Shown here: positions 20,419-31,357 of the stretch, piece by piece | How the letters are laid out: each line of letters begins with the position of its first letter | Numbering within the stretch: position 1 is the stretch's first letter | From: an uncultured delta proteobacterium | GTDB lineage: Bacteria; Desulfobacterota; Binatia; JACPRU01 | Assembly: GCA_963745025.1 (NCBI GenBank) | Contig: CAVUWD010000016.1 | Coordinates: 1,056,001-1,120,000, forward strand | DNA length: 64,000 nucleotides | Direction: 5' to 3' | Program-made: the position numbers and the translations under genes | The notes under the pieces: generated by a model | Database searches by the model: none | Seen by the model: only the letters and a program-made list of their open reading frames with translations | What the model was told of the DNA's origin: nothing

Positions 20419-22957
20419 ATGGCCGCCGCGGCGGATATGCCCGGACTTTCCAGTACGCAGGCGCTCGAACAGCTTCGCATCGTCGGTCCGAACGCGCTTC
20501 CGGAGCAGCCGCCTGTGCCTGTCTGGCGGCGATTCGCGCGACAATTCGAGAGCCCGCTCATCTACATCCTCCTGTTCGCGCTGGTCTTCGACCTGGCCCT
20601 ATGGGTCTACGAGGGCGTCGCAGCGTGGCCTGTGGATGCCACGGCCATTGCGATCATCCTGCTGTTGAACTCGGCGCTGGGCCTGTACCAGGAGCAACGC
20701 TCGGAGGCGGCGCTGGCGCGGCTCAAGGCCATGGCGGCCGCCCAAGCCTGGGTTCTGCGCGACGCCCAGCTGCGTCGCATCGCGAGCACCGACATCGTGC
20801 CCGGGGACTGGGTACGGCTCGAGGCCGGCGATCGGGTCCCGGCCGACGGCCAGCTCCGAGAGGCTCACGGCGCGATGCTGGACGAATCGATTCTGACGGG
20901 GGAGTCGGTGCCCCTGGACAAGACGGACGGGGACGACGCCTTCAGCGGCACGCTACTGGTCCGCGGCACGACCTACCTGGAGGTCACCCGCACGGGTGCG
21001 GCCAGCGCCATGGGACGGCTCGCCGGCATGCTCGGCGGGATCGAGGCCTCGAAGACCCCGTTGGAGCGGCGCGTGGACGCCTTGGGACACCAGATCGCCC
21101 GGTGGGTCCTCACGCTCGCGGCATCGCTCGCAGTCCTCGGCATCCTGGCCGAGGGTGTGGGGCGGGCTGCGGAGATGCTCGTCTTCGCCGTGGCGCTGGC
21201 CGTGGCCGCCGTGCCCGAGGGGCTGCCGGCCGTGCTCACCGTCGCGCTGGCTCTCGGCGTGGAGCGCATGGCCAGGCGGCGGGCCGTGGTGCGCCGGCTG
21301 TCCGCCGTGGAGGCGCTCGGGTCGGTGACGGTCATCGCCACCGACAAGACCGGTACGCTCACCGAGAACCGGATGGACGTCCGCTCGATCGACACCCCGG
21401 ACCGGGAACGGGCGCTGCGGGCCATCGTCCTCGCCAACGACGCGGACCCGGGGACGGGCGTGGGCGATCCGCTCGACGTCGGACTGCTGCGCCATGCGGC
21501 GGACGCGGGCATCGACGTCGGGGAAGTGCGCCGGAGCCACGCCAGAGTCTCGGAGCGGCCGTTCGACAGCGCGTGGAAGTTCACGCGCGTCACCGTCGAG
21601 GAAGGCGGCCGGCTGATCAGCTACCTCAAAGGGGCGCCCGAAGTCATCCTGGATCGCTGCACGCTGCCTCAGCCAGAACGCGACTCGTGGCGCGAAAAGG
21701 CCGATGCTTACGCGCACGAGGGATTCCGCGTCCTGGCGGTGGCGTGGGCGCCGGGAGAAGCCGAGCAGCACCTGACCATGCTCGGGCTGATCCTGTTCTG
21801 GGACCCGCCGCGGCCCGAGGTGCGCGATGCGATGCGGCACGCGATCGATGCCGGCATCCGCGTGATCATGATCACGGGCGATCACCCGGCGACGGCGCTC
21901 GCGGTTGCGCGCCAGATCGGGATTCCCGGCGTGCAGGTGCTGACGGGCGAGGATCTCCGCGACTACGACGAGACCTCCCTCAAGGCCGCGCTCGGCGAGG
22001 TCAACGTCTTCGCGCGCGTGCATCCCGATCAGAAGCTGCGTCTCGTCGAGGCGCTGCAGGCGGACGGCGAGATCGTCGCGATGACCGGCGACGGCGTCAA
22101 TGACGCGCCGGCTCTGAAGCGCTCCGACGTCGGCGTGGCCATGGGCGAGCGCGGCTCGGATGTGAGCCGGGAGGTCGCCGACCTGGTGCTGCTCGACGAC
22201 AACTTCGCCACCATCGTCGGCGCGGTCGAGGAAGGGCGAAGCATCTACGAGAACATCCAGAAGTTCCTCCGCTTCCTGTTTTCGACCAACCTGTCCGAAG
22301 TGCTGCTCGTGTCGGCCGGCGCGGTGCTGTCCTACGCCCTGGATCTGCGGGACGCGTCCGGCGATCTGTTGCTGCCGCTCACGGCGGCGCAGATACTCTG
22401 GATCAACCTGGTCACCGACGGACTGCCGGCGCTGGCTCTGGCCTTCGACCGCACACCGGGTGTCATGCGGCAGCCGCCCCGGCCGCCCACCGCTCCGCTG
22501 CTGGACCGGCCGTCGGTGCAGTTCGTCGTGGGCGCGGGGACGCATGAAGGCGCTGCTGGCCCTGGGGCTCCTCGGCCTCGTGCCGCAGCTCGGGTTCGAC
22601 ACGGACACGGCGCGGGCGGTCACGTTCCACTTCATGGCGATCGGCCAGCTACTGCTGACGTATCCGTCGCGCCACACGTGGACCAATCCCCTGCCGAACG
22701 CCTACCTGCACGCCGCCGTCGCCGGCGGCATCGCGATCCAGCTCGGCGCCGGGGCGGTGCCGGTGGTGGCCGCGATGCTCGGGGGGGCGAGCCTGCCCCT
22801 TCTCCTGTGGGGCCTCGTCTTTGCCTCCGCGCTGGTTTCCTGGACGGTGGCCGAGGCGTGGTCGCGGCTCGTCTGGGGGTTAGAGCGGCGGCGCACGAGC
22901 GGGCGATTACCTGGATCCTCTTCCTTGGCGTCTCCGGAGCCAAGGGAACCGGGATGA
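20419..22957 (+). CDS. Cation-transporting P-type ATPase (P2/Ca2+-type), frameshift ~22541
   Basis: TGES, PEGL, DKTGTLT, KGAPE, TGD, GDGVND, WINLVTDGLPALAL; last TM helices are in ORF 22460-22957. Confidence 0.9.
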
Positions 22958-23228
22958 ACGAGCGATCACGTGTGCACGCCGTGGTCGGTGGCACCGTTTT
23001 CACGCAGGACGCCGGGAGGCCCGACGTGGCGGCATCGCGCGCCGCAGCGTCGGGCGTACCGCTCCGTCGCCGATTCGTTCAGGCAACCAACGCGTCGCCG
23101 AGGCCTTCTATCTTTCCAGCGCGCTTGAGACATGAGACTAGGTGCGGATGTTCTGAAGCTAGTGCCCGCTCGCTAACTTGGCGGGCTCGGTGTCGGGAGA
23201 GATCTCGCGGGAGGTGAAACAGGTGAAA

Positions 23229-24215
23229 ATGGAATTCGGACTGCAACTGGCAAACATGGAGCCGGCCCAGTTTCGGGCCAACGCGCAGGCGGCCGAGGCG
23301 CTCGGTTACGACCTGATCGTGCTTCCCGACCACATCGTGCTCGAGGGACCGGAGCGCCAATCCGATCCGCACGCGCTGGCCTACGACGCGATCGTGATGG
23401 CAGCGGCGCTGGCCGACGCGACGAGGAAGATTCGCATCGGGCACCTGGTGCTCTGCAACCTGTTTCGTCATCCCGCCATCACCGCGCAGTCCCTGATGAC
23501 GCTGGACCGCGTGAGCGGCGGACGGCTGCTGGCAGGGCTCGGCACGGGATGGACCGAGACCGAATTTCAAATGACCGGAATTCCTTTCCCGCCGATCGCC
23601 GAGCGGCTGCGGATGCTGGACGAAGCCCTGGCCTGCATCATTTCGCTGTGGACCAACGAGCGGACCACGTTCGCCGGCGAATTCTACAGATTCAGCGACG
23701 CGATCCTGTGGCCCAAGCCGGTACAGAAGCCGCGTCCGCCGATCATCGTGGGCGGGGGCGGCAAGGGTCTGCTGCGCATCGCCGCGAAGTACGCCGACTA
23801 CGTCAACCTCATTCCCGACGCCGGCAAGGCTGGAAAGATCTCGCTCGCGAACTTGAAGCGGATGACCGACGACGCCTTTCGCGGAAAGGTCGGCTTCGTC
23901 CGCGAGGAGGCGAAACGCTGCGGGCGCGATCCCGACGCGATCAAGGTCAGCAATTTCGTCTTCACGCTGACGATCACCGACTCGCGCGAGGCCACGCGCA
24001 AGACGGCCGAGATGATGGGCCCGGCGTTCGGTCAGACACCAGAAGGCATCCTGGCGTCGCCGATGTCGCTCATCGGCACGCCCGACGAGTGCGTCACCGA
24101 GCTCAAGCGGCGCGCGAAGAACTGGGGCGTCTCGCAATTCATCTTTTCCACCTTCATGGGGATGGATGAGAAGACCATCCGCCGGCTCCGCGAGAAAGTT
24201 ATCGCGCACGTCTGA
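23229..24215 (+). CDS. LLM-class (probably F420-dependent) oxidoreductase
   Basis: PDH, GHLVLCNLFRHP, SGGR..GLGTGW, PKPVQKPRPPIIVGG. Confidence 0.9.
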   Translation: MEFGLQLANMEPAQFRANAQAAEALGYDLIVLPDHIVLEGPERQSDPHALAYDAIVMAAALADATRKIRIGHLVLCNLFRHPAITAQSLMTLDRVSGGRLLAGLGTGWTETEFQMTGIPFPPIAERLRMLDEALACIISLWTNERTTFAGEFYRFSDAILWPKPVQKPRPPIIVGGGGKGLLRIAAKYADYVNLIPDAGKAGKISLANLKRMTDDAFRGKVGFVREEAKRCGRDPDAIKVSNFVFTLTITDSREATRKTAEMMGPAFGQTPEGILASPMSLIGTPDECVTELKRRAKNWGVSQFIFSTFMGMDEKTIRRLREKVIAHV

Positions 24216-24430
24216 ACGATCGGGAAGCGAGGAGTTTGAGCGCGGAGCAGCGTCGGCGAGGCCCCAGCCGGAGGTCGCGGAGGCCGCGCTCGCGGCGGCG
24301 GCGTCTTTGCAACGGTCGTTGTTGCGCGCTGAAGCCTGAAACCTATAGTGTCCGTGCGCAGAAATGCGGATTGTTCGTCCCACCCGCAGCCACCGTGTCG
24401 TCGATGATCGATTCGAAAGTGGAGGAAGAT

Positions 24431-25954
24431 ATGAGCGTACCCGCACTCACGCCTGAACAACTGCTCGAAGCTGCCGACGCCGTGGGGCTGTCGCTGACCG
24501 ACGCAGACGTAACCTCCTATCTGGGCCTGCTGAAGCCCTTTGTTGATGCTTACAATCTCGTCGATCAGATGCCGGACAATCTGCCGGTCGTGAAATATCA
24601 GCGCACGCCCGGGTATTTCCCTCCGGCTTCGGAAAACCCGCGCAACGCCTGGTACGTGAGGACGTCCATCAAGGGCGCCGCAAGTGGCAAGCTGGCAGGC
24701 AAGAAAGTCGCCATCAAGGACAATGTCATGGTGGCAGGCGTACCGATGATGAACGGCAACGCGATCCTGGAAGGTTACGTTCCAAACATCGATGCCACCG
24801 TCATTTCGCGCATCCTCGATGCCGGCGGCGAAATCACCGGCAAAACCCACTGTGAGAATTACTGCATCTCGGGGGGCAGCCACACGGGCGCCAAGGGTCC
24901 GGTACATAATCCCTACAAGATGGGATATTCCGCGGGTGGCTCATCGTCCGGCAGCGGGGTCGTCGTGGCGCTCGGTGAAGCGGACATGGCGATCGGCGGC
25001 GACCAGGGCGGCTCGATCCGTATGCCGTCCTCGTGGTGCGGGATCGTCGGCATGAAGGCAACCCATGGCCTCGTACCCTACACGGGGATCATGCCGATCG
25101 AGCCTTATATCGACCACACAGGCCCAATGACGGCGAACGTCAAGGCGAACGCGACGCTGCTGGAAGTCATCGCCGGCATCGATGGCTATGATCCTCGACA
25201 GTGCCATGTCAAACAACACGGCACCCTCGATTATTCTTCGCAGATCGACGCCGGCGTCAAAGGCATGAAGATCGGCGTGGTGAAAGAAGGCTTCGGACAC
25301 CCGAACTCCGAAGCGGACGTGGATGCGAAGGTGCGCAGCGCCGCGCTTCAGCTGCAGGCGCTCGGCGCACTCGTCGAGGATGTATCGATCCCGCAGCATC
25401 TGCTGGGGGGTGCGATCTGGACACCGATCGGCGTCGAAGGCCTCACGCAGACCATGATGTTCGGTGATGGTTATGGCCTGTCGCGGCGAGATCTGTACGT
25501 GACGAGCCTCATCGACAAGCTCCACGGCTGGGAATTGCGCGCCGATCAGCTCTCGGAAACCACCAAGCTCCTCACCGTCTTCGGCGTGCACATGAAGAAG
25601 CATTATGGCAGTCGCTTTTACGGCAAAGCCGTGAACCTCTCGCGAATGCTGACAGCGGCCTACGATGCGGCGCTCGCGAAGTACGATTTACTGCTGATGC
25701 CGACCATGGTGTTGAAGCCCACGCCTTTGCCTCCGGCTGACGCGCCACGCGAACTGTACGTGCAACGCGCGCTAGAGATGATCGGCAACACCTGCCCCTT
25801 CGATATCACGCACCATCCCGCGATGACGGTGCCGTGTGGGATGTCGGACGGTCTGCCGATCGGAATGATGTTGATCGGAAGACACTTCGACGAGGCAAGC
25901 GTATACAAAGCTGGCTACGCGTTCGAGCAATCGGCCGACTGGAAGACGCGATGA
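24431..25954 (+). CDS. Amidase (amidase-signature family)
   Basis: AIKDN, GGSSSGS, GGDQGGSIRMP; GGAGG RBS. Confidence 0.93.
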   Translation: MSVPALTPEQLLEAADAVGLSLTDADVTSYLGLLKPFVDAYNLVDQMPDNLPVVKYQRTPGYFPPASENPRNAWYVRTSIKGAASGKLAGKKVAIKDNVMVAGVPMMNGNAILEGYVPNIDATVISRILDAGGEITGKTHCENYCISGGSHTGAKGPVHNPYKMGYSAGGSSSGSGVVVALGEADMAIGGDQGGSIRMPSSWCGIVGMKATHGLVPYTGIMPIEPYIDHTGPMTANVKANATLLEVIAGIDGYDPRQCHVKQHGTLDYSSQIDAGVKGMKIGVVKEGFGHPNSEADVDAKVRSAALQLQALGALVEDVSIPQHLLGGAIWTPIGVEGLTQTMMFGDGYGLSRRDLYVTSLIDKLHGWELRADQLSETTKLLTVFGVHMKKHYGSRFYGKAVNLSRMLTAAYDAALAKYDLLLMPTMVLKPTPLPPADAPRELYVQRALEMIGNTCPFDITHHPAMTVPCGMSDGLPIGMMLIGRHFDEASVYKAGYAFEQSADWKTR

Positions 25955-26099
25955 GATCGCGCGGAGCCGCTGCGTAGCACGCTCGTTGGGCGTTGTCCTC
26001 GTGCGCGACCGCCACCCCGCTGCGTCAGCGGCGGGATTGCATCGCGAGTTCGGTGCATCAGGCCTTACCGACGGTGACCTGGAAGACCGGCCACCGGGC

Positions 26100-26245
26100 T
26101 CTTCACCCGGCAGGAACGGCGGCGAGTATTTGGACCTTGATCACGTACGCGCCGACGTCCGCGAGAATGCAGCCGCACATTGGTCCTGCCCAGGTCCTCG
26201 TCGTCTCCACGACGCGGACTCCGGCGAGCGGCCCGGGAAAGTCCC
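26100..26245 (-). pseudogene. CaiB/BaiF CoA-transferase N-terminal relic
   Basis: GPLAGVRVVETTRTWAGPMCGCILADVGAYVIKV followed by stops. Confidence 0.65.
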
Positions 26246-26344
26246 TCTAGGCGTCGCGGTAGAACGCGGACTCTCCATCGCGCGAGCGATCTATAGCCGC
26301 GCGATAAAAAGGACACGGAGGTCGACGTTCGATCGACCCGCTTC

Positions 26345-27124
26345 CTATTTCGGACTGCCCCCTTCGCCACTGGAAGTCTCGCCGCCATCGCCGCTCGACC
26401 CACTCGTGCCGCCGCCGTCCCCGGACTCGCGCTCGACGCCCACCGAAGCGGCTTCGACGTCTCCGTCGCTCCGCACCTCGCCGTCGACCTCGGTGGATTG
26501 TCCTGCGGACAGATCGCCGCAGGCGACCGGGTTCCCGTCCGGGTCGCGCACCACCGCGTCACCGAGCAGCACGGTATAGGTATTGCCGTCGGTGGGCGTC
26601 TCGCGGCTCACCATCGTCGCCGCGTCCCGCCGGCAGTCGGTGCCGTTCACCACCCCCCCGAAGCGCACGTGCTGGTTGTCGGCCGTCGCCTGGCTCGTTC
26701 GCTCATCGAGATGGACGTTGATGACCCTCACCTCGCCCCCGCGCGGAACGACGATGACGAGGCGCGCGCGGCCGCCGTCGGGCAGGTCGAAGACCATCCC
26801 CACGGGGCCCGCGAAGTCGCCGCGCAGCGCGAATTGCCCCTGTCCGTCGGTGCGCGTCGAGAGCGTCGTTCCCTCGATGCTGACGCCGATGTCCTCGAGC
26901 GCTCCACGCGCGAGAGCTTCGCGCTCAGGGCTGAGCCAGCCGAGCAGCCGCGCGATCATCGTCGGCCTCGCCGCGCCCGACGCCGGCCGTAGCGCGGTGT
27001 TGAGGCTGGTGACGTTGCCCAGTGCGGCCGTGCTGATGCCCGTCCCGCTCGAGCCTCCGTCACAGCCGGCGATGGCGATCGCCAGCGACGTGGCGAGCGT
27101 GAACTCGCTGAGAATGTTCTTCAT
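26345..27124 (-). CDS. Lipoprotein with DUF5666-like C-terminal domain
   Basis: Lipobox IAG-C; GGSSGTG; LSAGQSTEVDG. Confidence 0.7.
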   Translation of the reverse strand: MKNILSEFTLATSLAIAIAGCDGGSSGTGISTAALGNVTSLNTALRPASGAARPTMIARLLGWLSPEREALARGALEDIGVSIEGTTLSTRTDGQGQFALRGDFAGPVGMVFDLPDGGRARLVIVVPRGGEVRVINVHLDERTSQATADNQHVRFGGVVNGTDCRRDAATMVSRETPTDGNTYTVLLGDAVVRDPDGNPVACGDLSAGQSTEVDGEVRSDGDVEAASVGVERESGDGGGTSGSSGDGGETSSGEGGSPK

Positions 27125-27339
27125 AGCGCGCTTCGAGCATGCCGAACGGCACTCCGGAGGCCGGCAGGCGGCGGACGATCGGGCGCAGCATCTCGACCGA
27201 GCCTCGCAACAAGCCCTCTTCGTTCTCGCGGGACACGCGGCGACCCTAGCGCAGTGGCGGGCGCAGCGCTAGAAAGTAAATGGGAAGTTTTACCATTCTT
27301 ACCGACGACGCCGCGTCCCCAATGTAAAGTCGGTCGTAG

Positions 27340-27683
27340 GGCGAGCCGCTGTTGAGGGACCGGAAGTGGTCGTGGTTCACACGCATGACCCATCGGGTAA
27401 CCCCCGCACGAGGCGCACATGGATCGCCTACAATGAGGGTTTCGCGTGGATCGAGGCCGCCAACCCGGACCGCGAGTTCTATCGCGACATCGTGGCCAAC
27501 CCGGAGATCGAGGTCGGACGCCACGGCGAGTTGCGCCGCTACCATGCGGTGCCGCTCGCCAACCCCGACGGACACCAGATCATCCGCCGGCTGCTCGCCG
27601 AGAAGTACGGCTTAGCCGACTGCTGGATCGGCCTGATCGCCAACACCTCGCGTTCGGTCGCCATCCGCCTGGAGCCGCGCTGA
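27340..27683 (+). pseudogene. 5'-truncated split-barrel flavin/F420 oxidoreductase (DUF385/FDOR-like)
   Basis: EVVVVHT..G..RTRRTW...FYRDIVANPEIEV...EKYG; in-frame stop shortly upstream. Confidence 0.55.
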
Positions 27684-27788
27684 ACGGCGCCGCTTCGTGC
27701 GCCCCGTCAAAGCGGGCAGAGATGGGGAAGTGCCGACGTCCGAGATCGACCGTTATGTAGCGTTCCGGCCCTTGTTGCCGCTATCCCA
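27595..27788 (+). repeat. Copy A of the FDOR-3'/intergenic repeat (inverted relative to B and C)
   Basis: Matches the reverse complement of 56935-57126, with an ~12-bp insertion near 27750. Confidence 0.85.
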
Positions 27789-28788
27789 CCGGATAGAGCC
27801 CGCGCGACTGCGCCAGCAGCCGCACCAGACCGTACAGCGCGTCGATGTTGGGCGTCGGCTGCCCCAGGTGCCGGCTGATCTCGCGCACCGCGCCGATGAG
27901 CGCGTCGATCTCCAGCGGCCGCCCGGCCTCCAGGTCCTGCAGCATCGAGGTCTTGAACGCGCCGAGCTTCCTCGTCACCTCGTGGCGCTCGTCGGGCGTC
28001 TGCCCGATCGCGCAGCCGAACTGCACGCCGACCGTCTGCGCCTCGCGCATCACCGCGCTGCAGAAGCCGCGCACCAGTTCATCGTCGAGGATGCGGTCGC
28101 AGGTGGCGCCTGTGAGCGCCGATACCGGGTTCATGGTCATGTTGCCCCACAGCTTGAACCAGATGTCGCGCTGGATGTGCTCCGACACCGTGACCGCGAA
28201 GCCGGCCCGGGAGAGCAGGGATTCGAGCGTTGCGATCCGCCCGCTGCGGCCGCCCGCCGGCTCGCCGATGATCAGCCCGTTGCCCATCACATGCCGTACC
28301 ATGCCCGGCTGCGGGGCGGTGCTGCCCACATGCACCACGCAGCCGATCGCGTGCGCGGTGGGAATCACCGCGCGCAGGACGCCGCCCCGATCGACCGACG
28401 AAAGTCGCAGCCCCGCGCACGGCCCGGTGGAGACGCCGTCGAAGAACCACCAGGGCACGCCGTTCATCGCCACCAGCACCATCGTCTTCGGCCCGAGCAG
28501 CGGCGTCACCTGCGGGGCCACGCCGACGAGCGCCGGGCCCTTCACGGCGATGACGACGAGATCCTGTTCGCCAAGGACGCTTGCGCTGTCTTCCGCGCGC
28601 AAAGGCACTCCGCGCACGTCGCCGGGTGCGGCGGCGCTTTCGATACGCAGCCCGTCGCGCCGCAGCGCCGCGAGCGTCGCCCCGCGGGCGAGGGCGCTCA
28701 GCTCGACCTCACCCTTCGGGATGCGGCTGCCGATCCAGCCGGCGAACAGTCCGCCGATCGCGCCAGCGCCGACGATGCACACTTTCAT
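27781..28788 (-). CDS. panE: 2-dehydropantoate 2-reductase family
   Basis: GAGAIGG, MNGVPWWFF, KLWGN..NP, KTSMLQD, RPLEIDA. Confidence 0.88.
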   Translation of the reverse strand: MKVCIVGAGAIGGLFAGWIGSRIPKGEVELSALARGATLAALRRDGLRIESAAAPGDVRGVPLRAEDSASVLGEQDLVVIAVKGPALVGVAPQVTPLLGPKTMVLVAMNGVPWWFFDGVSTGPCAGLRLSSVDRGGVLRAVIPTAHAIGCVVHVGSTAPQPGMVRHVMGNGLIIGEPAGGRSGRIATLESLLSRAGFAVTVSEHIQRDIWFKLWGNMTMNPVSALTGATCDRILDDELVRGFCSAVMREAQTVGVQFGCAIGQTPDERHEVTRKLGAFKTSMLQDLEAGRPLEIDALIGAVREISRHLGQPTPNIDALYGLVRLLAQSRGLYPVG

Positions 28789-28929
28789 CTCCAGGTTCGC
28801 TTCCCACCGGCGCTCGCCAGAATGCGCTTACCCTCATCCAGGTGCACGCTGCACTCGGGCGGCAGCTGAGCGTAGGAGATCCCGGCGAAGAGTACGAGGG
28901 CAAGGAGTGCGAATTGAATCCGTTTGATG

Positions 28930-29040
28930 CGGCCGACCTGGTCATCGAGCGCCGTGATCATGCCGGCATAGATTTGCCGCATCGGATCCTTGATCGCGTC
29001 CTTGTAGGCATCGACGTACTTCGGAGGGGCTTGGTCGTCG
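28930..29040 (-). pseudogene. Arylsulfatase internal relic
   Basis: QAPPKYVDAY..DPMRQIYAGMITALDDQVGR. Confidence 0.6.
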
Positions 29041-29041
29041 T

Positions 29042-29746
29042 TTACGGGCTCGGCTCCGAATGAGAGAACTTGGAGAGCGAATCGGTCTCGACGGTACCAG
29101 AGCCGGCCCGATGCACGGCGATCTTCGCCTGCGCGTCCTGCAGCAGCGACTTCAGTTTGGGATCCGTTTCGGTCTCGCTGAACTTTTGTAAGTCGTCGTG
29201 CACCGTTTCATCTCCGATCTCGCCGATCACACGGATCGCCGTAGCTCGAACCTTGGGATCGGCTTCGCCCTGCGCGAAAGCGAGGACGCGCCGTGCGGAC
29301 GCCGGATCCCTGATCCTGCCGAGCGCCACGAGAATGTGTTGGCGCAGCACTGCGTTCGTGCTCGCCAGGAAGAGCTTCTCGGACAAGATGTCGCAGGCCT
29401 CTTTCACGGCGAGCTTGCCAAGGGAGTCGACCGCGGAGGTCGCAACCGCTGCATCCGGATTGTCGATCGCTCGGATAAGGTATTGATTGGCAGTCGGATT
29501 TCCAGATTCCGCCAGTAACTTGACCGCCTCGAGCCTCCGACCGGGGTCTGGGTCTTCCAAGTGGCGCGCCCACTCCTCGATCGTCTCTCCCATCGTGCCT
29601 TTCTGGTAGCGCACGGACACATCCGCCGGGTCCTTGGTCGAGCCCGAAAATTGGTTCGGAAGGTGACTAGAGGTCGAAAGCTGCGCGCGTCCCGGGGACT
29701 CTGCGAGTAGCCAGAGTGCGAGCGTAACCAGAACGACGGTCTTCAT
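29042..29746 (-). CDS. Secreted HEAT-repeat protein
   Basis: Signal peptide; repeats DP..RLEAVKLL, VRATAIRVIGEIG; GGAGG RBS. Confidence 0.8.
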   Translation of the reverse strand: MKTVVLVTLALWLLAESPGRAQLSTSSHLPNQFSGSTKDPADVSVRYQKGTMGETIEEWARHLEDPDPGRRLEAVKLLAESGNPTANQYLIRAIDNPDAAVATSAVDSLGKLAVKEACDILSEKLFLASTNAVLRQHILVALGRIRDPASARRVLAFAQGEADPKVRATAIRVIGEIGDETVHDDLQKFSETETDPKLKSLLQDAQAKIAVHRAGSGTVETDSLSKFSHSEPSP

Positions 29747-29759
29747 TTTTCACCTCCTA

Positions 29760-30045
29760 GCGGCGGGGGCGCGTGGCCGACACCGACCTCGGCAGCCTTG
29801 CGGCACCACTCGATCGCCTGCGCATCGTCTTGAGTGACGCCCTTACGCGTGAGGTACATGAGCCCCAGAGCATGCGCCGCGTTTCCGTCCCCCTATTGTG
29901 CTGCAGAGAAAAACTCTCGGGAAGCGGCGGCATCGTCGCCGCGCTGATAGTCCTCGACACCCTGCTCACAGCCCGCATGCCCCGTTTCCGGCCAGAAGGC
30001 AATCATGAGGAGTGCGCCCGCAGCCAACCACGTTGTTTTCGCCAT
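29760..30045 (-). pseudogene. Sel1-repeat protein relic with internal TAG
   Basis: Signal peptide; GVEDYQRGD..AAQ*GDGNAAHALGLMY..GVTQD..AIEWCRKAAE. Confidence 0.7.
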
Positions 30046-30227
30046 GAGATCTTCCGTAACGTTCAACCCGCTCCGGCGGCTTCGGTCTCCTTCACACGCA
30101 GGCCGCGATGACAGAGATACATGACCACCGGTGATCGCCAGCCCCCCCACACAATTGGCAATGCGGTTGGCGTTCACGAAAAGGGAGAGTATGGAGTGGC
30201 AGCCGCCGCGCAAACGGAGAAGACAAG

Positions 30228-31133
30228 ATGGAGTTCGGACTGCATCTACCGCACATCGGACCGATGGCGACGCGGGAAGGAGTTCTCGACATGGCGCGCG
30301 CGGCCGATGCAGCGGGCATCGACTCGCTCTGGACTTCCGATCACATCATCGTGCCGCGCGACTATGCCTCGACATATCCGTACTCGCCCTCGGGCAGAAT
30401 GCCGGTTTCGGATGATACGCCGTTTCTCGAAGCCGTGTCGACATTGCTCGCCGTGTGCGGCGTGACGCGACGCGCTCGGCTCGGCACCTCTGTCATCGTC
30501 CTCCCGCAGCGCCAGCCGATCCTCGTCGCGAAGCAATGGGCTACGCTCGACGTGCTGTCCGGCGGGCGAACGATTTTCGGCGCGGGCGCAGGATGGCTGG
30601 AAGAGGAGTTCGCGGCCCTCGGTGTCTCGTTCAAGGATCGCGGTGGCCGCTGCGACGAGGCACTCGAAATCCTCCAGCGCTGCTGGAAGGAATCCACGGT
30701 GACGTTCCAAGGCAAGCATTTTCAGATCGACCGGATCGCGTGCGAGCCAAAACCGATACAGCAACCCCGGCCGCCGATCTGGATCGGTGGGCACACGCCG
30801 GGTGCCTTCCGCCGGGTTGCCCGCTACGGGGACGCCTGGCACGGAGGTGGTACCGTAGATGTCTGCCGCGCCGCGATCGACGCCGTTCGCGCGGAAGCGG
30901 AACGGATCGGACGCGACCCGCGCACCATCGGGCTGACGATCCGCGACCGTGGCGGAATCGACATCTCTACTCGCGAGGCGCGCCACAAAACGATCGAAAG
31001 GTTGCTCCCGTATGCACGCCTCGGGGCAACGCACTTCGTATTCTTGTCGTTCGATCCTCCCGAGAAAGTCGGGGAGACAGTGCAAGCGTTGCAAGAGGAA
31101 ATCAAGCCAGCGGTCGCCGCCGCACGCGCGTGA
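30228..31133 (+). CDS. LLM-class F420-dependent oxidoreductase
   Basis: SDHIIVP, LGTSVIVLPQRQP, GAGWLEEEF, PPIWIGG. Confidence 0.92.
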   Translation: MEFGLHLPHIGPMATREGVLDMARAADAAGIDSLWTSDHIIVPRDYASTYPYSPSGRMPVSDDTPFLEAVSTLLAVCGVTRRARLGTSVIVLPQRQPILVAKQWATLDVLSGGRTIFGAGAGWLEEEFAALGVSFKDRGGRCDEALEILQRCWKESTVTFQGKHFQIDRIACEPKPIQQPRPPIWIGGHTPGAFRRVARYGDAWHGGGTVDVCRAAIDAVRAEAERIGRDPRTIGLTIRDRGGIDISTREARHKTIERLLPYARLGATHFVFLSFDPPEKVGETVQALQEEIKPAVAAARA

Positions 31134-31357
31134 AGTGATTCTCGCGCAAATCATTCCGTTGAATCTGCCGACGAAGAGCGCGCGGATCATCCTTGCAGCT
31201 TCGCGTTGCCAAGGCGCGAAACCGTATCCCGGTCCATCGACGAGGCGATGCTTCTCTGCGGTTGCTCGAAGCTCGGCGATATCGGTCGATGGCCGCTCGC
31301 ACCATAACGGTGCGTCGTTGAATCGTTGAATGGTTGAAGCGTGGTGGTGAACTTGGA